Source: an uncultured Gammaproteobacteria bacterium
GTDB lineage: Bacteria; Patescibacteriota; Microgenomatia; Levybacterales; GWA1-39-11
Assembly (NCBI GenBank): GCA_964427615.1
Contig: CAYRUR010000001.1
Location: forward strand, 219,241-283,240
Direction: 5' to 3'
DNA: 64,000 bases
Shown: piece after piece, positions 19,479-27,939 of the stretch
Position numbering within the stretch: the stretch's first letter is position 1
Layout of the letters: every line of letters starts with the position of its first letter
The notes under the pieces: generated by a model
What the model was told of the DNA's origin: nothing
What the model saw: only the letters and a program-made list of their open reading frames with translations
Databases searched by the model: none
Translations under genes and position numbers: made by a program

Positions 19479-19588
19479 GGAGTGAGTATATCAGAACTGG
19501 CAAAGGTGTAAAAGCTTAAAGTGCATTATTCATAAGTATTTTTGGGAAAGTTCTTTCAAAAAATAGTTTTGCTTTTAAGTTGATTATC

Positions 19589-20212
19589 TTATATGCCGAT
19601 CATGAATCCGTTTGCTACAACTTCTCTAATTTTTGACTGGAAATCCTCTCTACGTCCTTCATTTTGTATTACTACGTCTGCTTGTGCTAATGCTTCATTT
19701 ACAGACTCACGTTCTAGTTCTTCGTATCTTAAAAGCTCTTCGAGGGTTACATTGTCCTCAGGTCTATCTGCTCTTGCACGTAGAAGACGTATCTCTGGTA
19801 AGGCTTTAATACCAATAAGTAAAGAATTAGGAAGTTCTTTAATTTCTCTTGCGACCCCTGGTGTTCTGATACCATCAAAAATTACTCCTGTGATATTAGT
19901 TTGAGGATCTCTGTATGCCCTTCCTAGTTCTTCCATGGCTCTTTTTAATAAATAGTTTTCTCCAAATTGTTCTCGTAGTTTCAAGTAAGTATTCCAATAA
20001 TCTTCACGTCTTGTAAGCGTAATACCACGCTGTTGAGCATATTCTCTAACAACATTTGATAAAGGAAAGCTCCTAAAACCAAATTCACGTTTCAGTGTTT
20101 CAGAAGCAAGTCCTTTGCCAGTACGGCTAAATCCTATAAGCCCAACTTTAGGAAGTTGTAAAGGAAGTTCATTTCCATATTTTGCCTCCCGTCCATATCT
20201 ATTTTCAATCAT
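19589..20212 (-). CDS. P-loop NMP-kinase-like protein (adenylate/dNMP kinase fold)
   Basis: Walker A-like GFSRTGKG; FDGIRTPGVAREI resembles the adenylate-kinase DGFPRT motif. Confidence 0.35.
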   Translation of the reverse strand: MIENRYGREAKYGNELPLQLPKVGLIGFSRTGKGLASETLKREFGFRSFPLSNVVREYAQQRGITLTRREDYWNTYLKLREQFGENYLLKRAMEELGRAYRDPQTNITGVIFDGIRTPGVAREIKELPNSLLIGIKALPEIRLLRARADRPEDNVTLEELLRYEELERESVNEALAQADVVIQNEGRREDFQSKIREVVANGFMIGI

Positions 20213-20353
20213 AGAGATATTATAGTGTTTTTGTGCAGCAATTTCAAACTATAGGACTTAAAAATGCGTTAATCAACACGATTACAGGAGAATACAGAAG
20301 GCGGACTTGTAGAATGTTGAGTTAATTTTATTCAGAGAAGAATACTATGCTTC

Positions 20354-21994
20354 TTACGATTTAATAACGTAGCGTTGGGCGAAGGCTTTGGTTACGCCTA
20401 CTTTTTTATGGGGATTAAAGATGTTGTTGGGGTCAAAGATGTGTTTTACTTCCTCAAAAATTTTATATACTTTTTCACCAAATTGTTCTTTTAAGTAGGG
20501 GCTTCTCATGAGGCCGTCATTGTGTTCTGCGGATAAAGAACCATGGTATTTGAGTACCAAATCATAGACTTTATCGGTTACTGGGTAAATTTTTGCTCTT
20601 TCTTTAGGGTCTTTAAGATTCATGAGTGGAATGATGTGCAAATTCCCGTCTCCTAAATGGCCAGAGATGGTATAGAACAGTTTTGAAGCATCCATAATTT
20701 TAGTCAGCTCTGGCAAAAACCCAGGTAAATACTCGGGTCTGACAATAATATCATCTACAAAAGGCGTAGATTTTTTATTCTTTATTTTTTCTCTTAAGAG
20801 CTTGAAAGTATCTCGACGTAATTTCCAGTATTTATTGGCTTCCAACTTTGTCCTAACTTTATGTCCGATCATTTCATGCTTTTTAACAAGAGCATCCAGA
20901 GTTTTCATTTTCTCCTGTAACTCTTCTGTGTCATCTCCTTCAAATTCTACTAAGGTAATAAGTTTTGGCATGCCATGCCTCATAATCAGGAGTGTCTCAG
21001 GAAGAAAGAGTCTTGCAGTATTTATAAGTCCACCTGCTCCAATAATGCTAGCCATTTCTCGAGCATAACGCATGTAAATTTTAAAGGTATGATCATCTGT
21101 AATTTCAAGTGTGGTAGGCTTGAGTGCTAAAACGTCTTGGACAAAATGCGGAAGGTTTTTAAGATCTTTCATAAAGACCACATACAACCTTTCATATTTT
21201 GGTTTAGGTAGAATTTTCAATTCTGCTTTGGTTACAAATCCTAAGGTACCTTGTGCTCCACAAATCAATTGGGTTAGATCCAATGTTTTGCCATCCCAGG
21301 CATCCCAGATGTTATATCCACTCGAATTTTTAGAAACAATTGGACGAGACTTTTGAATAAGGTCGTAATTTTTACTGAGCAGTTCATGTATGTTGCGGTA
21401 TAGTTCTCCTTCAAAATCTTTTTGGCTTAGTTTTTTCTCTAGTGTTTTTCCTGAAACTTTTGAGATATGGTATTGTTTCCCGTCAGATAAAAGCACATCA
21501 AGTCCGAGTACATAATTATTTGTTTTGCCATACTGCAATGTTTTTTCTCCTCCTGAATTGTTATTCACAATACCCCCGAGAGCACATAAGTCCTTTGAAG
21601 CAGGGTATGTTGGATACATAAGACCTTTTTCATTGAGTACTTTTTCAAGATCTCTATAATATACACCTGGTTCGACGACGACTGAGTCATCGTTTACTTC
21701 TACGATATTGTTAAAATGCTTTGTAAAATCAAGCACAATAGAATCAGTCAAAGGTCCGCCACTCATGTCAGTGCCCGCAGAACGAGCAGTCAAAGAGAGG
21801 TTTGGTTGTTCTTTTTTGTGTGTATTTACATAATTGATAAGGGAGGAGATATCTTCTACGTCTTTTGGAGCTACAGCAGCTTCTGGTGTGATTTCAAAAA
21901 TGCTGGTGTCATGTGCATATTTTTGTTTAGCTTCTTCACCTACGATAACTTCTCCTTTAATAACTGTTTGTAGTTTTTGTTCTAAATTATTCAT
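20354..21994 (-). CDS. FAD-linked oxidase (GlcD/D-lactate dehydrogenase family, PCMH-type FAD-binding)
   Basis: SAGTDMSGGP and ALGGIVNNNSGG FAD-binding signatures. Confidence 0.7.
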   Translation of the reverse strand: MNNLEQKLQTVIKGEVIVGEEAKQKYAHDTSIFEITPEAAVAPKDVEDISSLINYVNTHKKEQPNLSLTARSAGTDMSGGPLTDSIVLDFTKHFNNIVEVNDDSVVVEPGVYYRDLEKVLNEKGLMYPTYPASKDLCALGGIVNNNSGGEKTLQYGKTNNYVLGLDVLLSDGKQYHISKVSGKTLEKKLSQKDFEGELYRNIHELLSKNYDLIQKSRPIVSKNSSGYNIWDAWDGKTLDLTQLICGAQGTLGFVTKAELKILPKPKYERLYVVFMKDLKNLPHFVQDVLALKPTTLEITDDHTFKIYMRYAREMASIIGAGGLINTARLFLPETLLIMRHGMPKLITLVEFEGDDTEELQEKMKTLDALVKKHEMIGHKVRTKLEANKYWKLRRDTFKLLREKIKNKKSTPFVDDIIVRPEYLPGFLPELTKIMDASKLFYTISGHLGDGNLHIIPLMNLKDPKERAKIYPVTDKVYDLVLKYHGSLSAEHNDGLMRSPYLKEQFGEKVYKIFEEVKHIFDPNNIFNPHKKVGVTKAFAQRYVIKS

Positions 21995-22989
21995 TTGCCT
22001 ACCTTTCTTCTAATTACTTTTTTGACAGCTTTTTTAATAGCGTCTTTATCCAGACCATAGGCTTTTATGAGTTCGTCAGCAGAACCTGTCTCACCAAAAG
22101 TATCTTGCAGACCTATAAATTCCATAGGTACTGGGTGCGTTTTTGCTAAGTACTCAGCAATTGCTCCGCCCAGTCCTCCGCTGACTTGATGATCTTCAAC
22201 GGTTACTACTGCAGGAGCTTGAGCAACGAGTTTGGTAATTGAATTTTCATCAAGTGGTTTGATACTGGCAACATTGGCAACTAGTACCTGAATGCCTTCA
22301 TCATGTAATTCATCAGCTGCCAGAAGCGCATGATAGAGTAAGTGTCCAGTAGCAAAGATAACTGCTTTTGGATTATGTGAGATCCAGTAGGTTTGGATCT
22401 TACCTAATTGAAAAGGTGTTTGTGGAGTGGTGATAATAGGTGTGTTATCTCTGGTGAATCGTAAATAAAATGGGCCATAGGTCTGGCCACTGGCAATTGT
22501 TGCTTTGCGAGCCTCATGCACATCTGTTGGAACAACTACTTGGATGTTTGGCCAGCAACGGGTAGAGGCAATATCTTCTGTAGCTTGGTGGGTTGCGCCA
22601 TCTGGACCAGTAACAATCCCTGAGTGATGTCCGGCGACTTTTACATCTGCATTGTTATATACGATAGTAGTGCGAATTGTCTCCCAATTTTTACCAGGAG
22701 AAAAAGTAGCATAAGAAGAAATAAAAGCTGTTTTTCCAGATGCAGCAAGTCCTGCAGCCACTGCTGCCATATTTTGTTCGGCAACTCCACATTCAATAAA
22801 GCGCTCCGGATATTTTTTAGCAAATGTCTCATTGCGAGTTGATTCTGAAAGATCTGCAGTGAGCGCAACTACATTTGGGTTGAGTGCTCCCAGTTCTACG
22901 AGTCCTTCCCCAAATCCATTGCGAGTGGGTTTCTTTTCAACATCTTTGTTGAATACATTTTTATTTAAGTGTAAATCAGGATTTAACAT
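21991..22989 (-). CDS. Transketolase C-terminal subunit (pyrimidine-binding and C-terminal domains)
   Basis: ECGVAEQNMAAVAAGLA...GPDGATHQATEDIA motifs. Confidence 0.88.
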   Translation of the reverse strand: MLNPDLHLNKNVFNKDVEKKPTRNGFGEGLVELGALNPNVVALTADLSESTRNETFAKKYPERFIECGVAEQNMAAVAAGLAASGKTAFISSYATFSPGKNWETIRTTIVYNNADVKVAGHHSGIVTGPDGATHQATEDIASTRCWPNIQVVVPTDVHEARKATIASGQTYGPFYLRFTRDNTPIITTPQTPFQLGKIQTYWISHNPKAVIFATGHLLYHALLAADELHDEGIQVLVANVASIKPLDENSITKLVAQAPAVVTVEDHQVSGGLGGAIAEYLAKTHPVPMEFIGLQDTFGETGSADELIKAYGLDKDAIKKAVKKVIRRKVGK

Positions 22990-23009
22990 GATTATTAATT
23001 TAAAAGTTA

Positions 23010-23100
23010 AAACTCAAAAATCAAAAGTACAATTAAAAAGTAAAAATTTTTAGTTTAAATTTCATTTACTTTTGACTTTTGCATTTTGAATTTTGAATTT
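23010..23100. repeat. AT-rich imperfect palindrome between the two transketolase subunit genes, related to a copy at 61711-61765
   Basis: Left arm AAACTCAAAAATCAAAAGTACAATT; right arm CTTTTGACTTTTGCATTTTGAATTTTGAATTT (reverse complement AAATTCAAAATTCAAAATGCAAAAGTCAAAAG). Confidence 0.45.
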
Positions 23101-23103
23101 TTT

Positions 23104-23967
23104 TCATTCGTGTTCACTTACGATTTTTCCTCTCAGTGTTCTTAATTCCTTGAGTGCTATTTTGGCTTCTTCTTGGTTCGGTGGTTTGCCATGCCAAGTG
23201 TAATCCTTTTCCATAAAGCTTACTCCTTTACCAGGTATAGTATTGGCGATAATAACGGTTGGTCTCTCAGAAGTAGCTTTAGCTTCTCTTACTGCGTCAA
23301 CTATCATACGAATATTGTGTCCGTCTATCTCAATAACTTTCCAGTTAAAAGCTTCGTATTTATACCGCACAGGCTCTAGAGGCATAACATCCTCGGTAGT
23401 ACCATCTATCTGGATGTAATTACGGTCTATGATAACGGTGAGGTTATCTAATTTGTATTTTGATGCAAACTGTATTGCTTCCCAGGTGTTTCCTTCTTGA
23501 TGTTCACCATCTGAGGTAAGGCAGTAGATGTGATGCTTTTTTTTATCCATCTTTGCTGCTAAGGCCATTCCGCAGGCTTGCGAAAGTCCTTCTCCTAAAG
23601 GCCCTGATGTGGTTTCTATGCCTGGTAATGCACCTCTATGAGGATGCCCTTGTAGTCTACTGCCAAATTTTCGTAGTGTTTTTAATTCTGTTGTAGGAAA
23701 ATAGCCTGCCAAGGCTAAAGTTGCGTACTGCACAGGACAAATGTGTCCATTGGAAAGAACTAGTCGGTCTCTGTCTTCCCAATCAGGGTTTTTTGGGTCA
23801 TGACGCAAAATATGAAAATAAAAAGCAGTAAATACATCTGTCATACCTAATGGTCCAGCAGAGTGGCCAGAGCGTGCTTCCAGAAGAGATTCAATAATAA
23901 GTTGTCTGATTTTATTGGCTTTTTCTTCTAAATCTTGGAGTTTTTCTTCGTGTAGTTCATCTAGCAT
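23104..23967 (-). CDS. Transketolase N-terminal subunit (TPP-binding)
   Basis: SGHSAGPLGMTDV...LSNGH...GEDGPTHQ-type motifs, here LTSDGEHQEG. Confidence 0.88.
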   Translation of the reverse strand: MLDELHEEKLQDLEEKANKIRQLIIESLLEARSGHSAGPLGMTDVFTAFYFHILRHDPKNPDWEDRDRLVLSNGHICPVQYATLALAGYFPTTELKTLRKFGSRLQGHPHRGALPGIETTSGPLGEGLSQACGMALAAKMDKKKHHIYCLTSDGEHQEGNTWEAIQFASKYKLDNLTVIIDRNYIQIDGTTEDVMPLEPVRYKYEAFNWKVIEIDGHNIRMIVDAVREAKATSERPTVIIANTIPGKGVSFMEKDYTWHGKPPNQEEAKIALKELRTLRGKIVSEHE

Positions 23968-24021
23968 AATCTCAGTATAGCAGGAATAGGTAATTGTTTT
24001 AAAGCATTCTGTTATGAGTAA

Positions 24022-25302
24022 TTATTTTTTGAGTACAATCATGAGATCTGATACATTTGAAGCCAAACGTCCTGTTTTGAGTCCTGTCTCTACTGCTTCA
24101 AAAAAATGAAAAGCATCATTATTCTGCAAATATGCTTTATAATTCAGTCCTTTTTTTCCTGCTGTTTCTAAGAGGTCTGATGAACCAAGCGCCCCTGCAA
24201 AAGCACTGTTATCCCAGCCGTCTGAGGCAAAAGAGGCTATAAGATCACCTGGTTGTAAATGTGGCAGTGCTGCTAGAACGAGTTGTTGATTACGTCCTCC
24301 TTCTCCTTGTCCGGTAACATGCACTGTTGTTTCTCCTCCCACTAAAAGGATGGTACCAGCTTTTGCTGCTTCTAACAGTTGTTTTCCCACCTCATTTGCA
24401 TCTCCTTGCAGGCTATCTGAATAAATAGTAGCAGTATATCCTTGTTCTGTTGCATGCTGCTGCATAGCCTCAAGTGCGGTAACATTTGAAAGCATTAAGA
24501 TATTTGAGACATGTTCAAAAAAAGAAGCATCTTTTGGTGTTTCGGTAAGATGTTCTAGGATAGGTTCTAATTGTTCTTGTAAATGGTATTTGGCAATAAT
24601 CGCTTTTGCATCTTCAATAGTCGTGGTATCTTTAACAGTCGGACCCGAGGCAATAAATGAAAGATCATTGCCAGGTACATCTGAGAAAATAAGACTGGCA
24701 ACTGTTGCTGGATACAGTATTTTTGCAAGTCCTCCACCTTTTACTGTTGAAAGATGTTTTCTTACTGTATTCATCTCAATAATATCTGCTCCCGATTTTA
24801 GTAACGCTTTATTGACATTAATTTTTTCCTCAAGCGTTATTCCGTCTACGGGTTGTACTAACATGGCAGATCCGCCGCCGCAAATGACAACGAGTACTAA
24901 ATCTTTTTCAGTAAGTGATCCCAGTTCTTGAGTAATTTTTTGAGTGAACTGATAATTACCTTCAGAAGGAAGGGGATGAGTGCCTTGGGTAAACTCTATT
25001 TTTGTAAAATCTTCAGGATTTGTGTCAATTACAAATCCTTTGGTAAGTTTTTCTGCCAGTGTTTGTTCTGTTTTTTTTGCAATACCAGCAGATCCTTTTC
25101 CAAACCCTAGTAAATACACATGCTCAAATTGAGAAAGATTATACTGTTTATCTTTAATTATTAGAATGTCTTCTTTGAGTTTGATATTGGAGGCTATAGC
25201 ATTCTCTGGTTGAATAGCATTATAGGCAGTTTCAATAAGGTCCAGGAAAATTCTTTTTTCTTCTGAAGTGGCGAGGCGATTGTAGTTTTGAATGAAGGTC
25301 AT
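24022..25302 (-). CDS. Glycerate 2-kinase (MOFRL family)
   Basis: DUF4147 and MOFRL regions (VVICGGGSAMLV...LLVGGETTVHVTGQGEGGRNQ). Start chosen at the internal ATG 25302 (MTFIQNYN), with TACAAT 6 nt upstream. ORF-track start is 25485. Confidence 0.75.
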   Translation of the reverse strand: MTFIQNYNRLATSEEKRIFLDLIETAYNAIQPENAIASNIKLKEDILIIKDKQYNLSQFEHVYLLGFGKGSAGIAKKTEQTLAEKLTKGFVIDTNPEDFTKIEFTQGTHPLPSEGNYQFTQKITQELGSLTEKDLVLVVICGGGSAMLVQPVDGITLEEKINVNKALLKSGADIIEMNTVRKHLSTVKGGGLAKILYPATVASLIFSDVPGNDLSFIASGPTVKDTTTIEDAKAIIAKYHLQEQLEPILEHLTETPKDASFFEHVSNILMLSNVTALEAMQQHATEQGYTATIYSDSLQGDANEVGKQLLEAAKAGTILLVGGETTVHVTGQGEGGRNQQLVLAALPHLQPGDLIASFASDGWDNSAFAGALGSSDLLETAGKKGLNYKAYLQNNDAFHFFEAVETGLKTGRLASNVSDLMIVLKK

Positions 25303-25427
25303 ATGCTCATTGTAAGCATAAAGAGACAGAGTATGCAACTTGTTACCTAAAAATTTCGTTTGGTGTTTATTTTCCTGATGAAAGTAGTATCTCGTCTGAT
25401 GCATAAAAAATGGTATAATTTTTGCCA

Positions 25428-26048
25428 ATGGATAAAAAAGAAAAAGCCTTACATATTGCCCAAACATTACAAAAACTCTACCCAAATCCCCACACTCCCT
25501 TGCATCACACGAGTCCTTGGGAATTGTATGTGGCAGTAGTACTTTCAGCTCAAAACACGGATAAGGGAGTAAATAATGTTACGCAAGACCTTTTTAAAAA
25601 ATATAAAACACTTGATGATTATTGCAAAGCCTCTTATGAGGAGTTTGATAAAGATATTAGTAAGATTAACTTTCACAAGAATAAAGCCAAATCTATCAAA
25701 GGTGCAGCTGATATCATAGCAGAACAGTATGGTGGAAAACTGCCCCAGACAATGGAAGAATTAGTAAAATTGCCAGGAGTTGGCAGAAAAACAGCCAATG
25801 TGATTTTGCAAGAAGCATTTGGAAAAACAGAAGGGATTGTAGTTGATACGCATGTAAAGCGTCTGGCTAACTTATTTGGATTAACCAACAGTCAAGATCC
25901 TGAAAAAATAGAACAAGACTTAATACAGCTTTTGCCAAAAGAGATGTGGCATAATTTTGCGCTAGGTCTTATTCTCTATGGTCGTGAATACTGCCCTGCC
26001 CGGTGTAAGCATGTAGATTGTCCATTAAGAGAACAGATTCTTCACTAA
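25428..26048 (+). CDS. nth: Endonuclease III
   Basis: HhH-GPD motif LVKLPGVGRKTANVIL; C-terminal Cys cluster CPARCKHVDCP. The ATG is the third codon of the ORF-track frame, and TATAAT lies about 9 nt upstream. Confidence 0.82.
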   Translation: MDKKEKALHIAQTLQKLYPNPHTPLHHTSPWELYVAVVLSAQNTDKGVNNVTQDLFKKYKTLDDYCKASYEEFDKDISKINFHKNKAKSIKGAADIIAEQYGGKLPQTMEELVKLPGVGRKTANVILQEAFGKTEGIVVDTHVKRLANLFGLTNSQDPEKIEQDLIQLLPKEMWHNFALGLILYGREYCPARCKHVDCPLREQILH

Positions 26049-26085
26049 GTTCTGCTATAATACGAATACATTTGAACTAAGACTT

Positions 26086-27939
26086 ATGCTACACGCACCA
26101 GATATTATCGAAAAGTATATTACGTTTTTTAAAGCAAGAGGACATACACAAATCCCTAATGCTTCTTTAGTGCCTGAGAATGACCCCACCACGCTTTTTA
26201 CTAGTAGTGGTATGCAACCACTCGTGCCGTACCTTTTGGGAGAGACACATCCCGCGGGAAAACGTTTGGTAAATGTACAAAATTCTTTTAGAGCGCAAGA
26301 TATCGATGAGATAGGAGACAACAGACACACTACTTTTTTCCGTATGTTAGGCAACTGGTCTTTGGGTGACTACTTTAAAAAAGAGCAGATTCCCTGGTTT
26401 TGGGAATTTTTGACAAAAGAATTAGGACTTCCGAAAGAAAAATTATATGTAACCGTTTTTGAAGGAAATGAAGATATCCCAAAAGATGAGGAAACAGCAG
26501 GCATCTGGAAAGACATTTTTACCAAAGAAGGACTTAATCCAGATGAACACATCTTTTTTTATGGTGTAGAGAAAAACTGGTGGTCTCGCTCAGGTGTGCC
26601 TGCTAACATGCCTGAAGGTGAGCCAGGTGGTCCTGATACAGAAGTGTTTTTTGATTTTGGGACTCCACATGACAAAAAGTTTGGTGAACAATGTCATGTC
26701 AATTGTGACTGTGGCAGGTTTATGGAAATCGGTAACAGTGTTTTTATGCAGTACAAGAAAACAAAAGATGGTTTTGTGCCTCTTCCTCAACAAAACGTTG
26801 ATTTTGGAGGAGGGCTTGAAAGGTTATTGGCGGCTTCTCAGAACTCTCCAGATGTTTTTATGACAACGCTTTTAAATCCTATTATTGAAACCATAGCCAA
26901 AGAAACAGGTAAAGAATACAGCCAAAAAGCTAAGCAAATGAGAATTGTAACAGACCATTTCTTAGCAGCGATTTTTATTATTGCCAATAAGGTGCGTCCT
27001 TCTAACAAAGAGCAAGGATATATTTTGCGAAGACTTATCAGACGTGGTCTGGATAATTTTTATGAGCTTGAAGGACAACGGATAGAGCCTATTCTGGAAG
27101 CAATTGTTGAGCAATACAAAAAAACAGATACTTATTTAGAAGAAAAATATGCAGAAATAAAACTAACGATTTTGGAAGAGGAGCAAACGTATAAAAAAGC
27201 AATCAGTGGAGCACGCAAATACATAGAAAGAAAATATAGAAAAAGAAAAGAAATTGAAGATATTAAGGGTAAAAATGAAACAGATGCTCTAAAAGGAATA
27301 GAAGAAATTACTGCAGATGATGCTTTTGTATTGTACACCACCCACGGACTTTCTCCTTCTCAGATTAAAAGTTTGGGGTATACATTTGATGATCAGGCAT
27401 TTGCAGAAAAGATGAAAGCCCATCAGCAAGTTTCTAAAAAAGGCGCAACGCAAAAATTTAAAGGAGGACTGGCTGATACGCAAGAAAGGACTATCATGGG
27501 GCACACTGCTACGCATTTGCTTCACAAAGCCTTACGGGACATGTTTGGGGAAAAAGTGCACCAGACAGGCTCCAATATTACTACAGAGCGGGTGCGTTTT
27601 GATTTTGCGTTTGATAGAAAATTGACCCCTGAGGAGTTAAAAGAAATAGAGCATACGGTAAATCAAAAAATAAAAGAAAATTTGCCTGTTTATTATTTGT
27701 TGCTTCCATTGGCAGAAGCACGCAAGCTCAATGCGATTGGTCTTTTTAACGAAAAATATGAGGATACCGTCAAAATATATTGTATTGGAGGATCACCGGA
27801 GCATCCTGAAGAAGCATACTCCAAAGAATTTTGTGGCGGACCCCATGTTGAATTTACAGGAAAAATAAATTCCTTTACAATAGTAAAAGAAGAGGGACTC
27901 GGAAAAGGTGTCCGTCGTCTATATGCAACTGTCGCATAA
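26086..27939 (+). CDS. alaS: Alanyl-tRNA synthetase, short 617-aa form without a C-Ala domain
   Basis: Catalytic domain with FTSSGMQP and HTTFFRMLGNWSLGDYFK motifs; editing-domain motifs HTATHLLH and CGGPHV. Confidence 0.85.
   Translation: MLHAPDIIEKYITFFKARGHTQIPNASLVPENDPTTLFTSSGMQPLVPYLLGETHPAGKRLVNVQNSFRAQDIDEIGDNRHTTFFRMLGNWSLGDYFKKEQIPWFWEFLTKELGLPKEKLYVTVFEGNEDIPKDEETAGIWKDIFTKEGLNPDEHIFFYGVEKNWWSRSGVPANMPEGEPGGPDTEVFFDFGTPHDKKFGEQCHVNCDCGRFMEIGNSVFMQYKKTKDGFVPLPQQNVDFGGGLERLLAASQNSPDVFMTTLLNPIIETIAKETGKEYSQKAKQMRIVTDHFLAAIFIIANKVRPSNKEQGYILRRLIRRGLDNFYELEGQRIEPILEAIVEQYKKTDTYLEEKYAEIKLTILEEEQTYKKAISGARKYIERKYRKRKEIEDIKGKNETDALKGIEEITADDAFVLYTTHGLSPSQIKSLGYTFDDQAFAEKMKAHQQVSKKGATQKFKGGLADTQERTIMGHTATHLLHKALRDMFGEKVHQTGSNITTERVRFDFAFDRKLTPEELKEIEHTVNQKIKENLPVYYLLLPLAEARKLNAIGLFNEKYEDTVKIYCIGGSPEHPEEAYSKEFCGGPHVEFTGKINSFTIVKEEGLGKGVRRLYATVA

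Noticed and set aside
26055-26354. Minus-strand ORF 26055..26354 overlapping alaS
   Set aside because: Antisense to the AlaRS catalytic-domain signature region.
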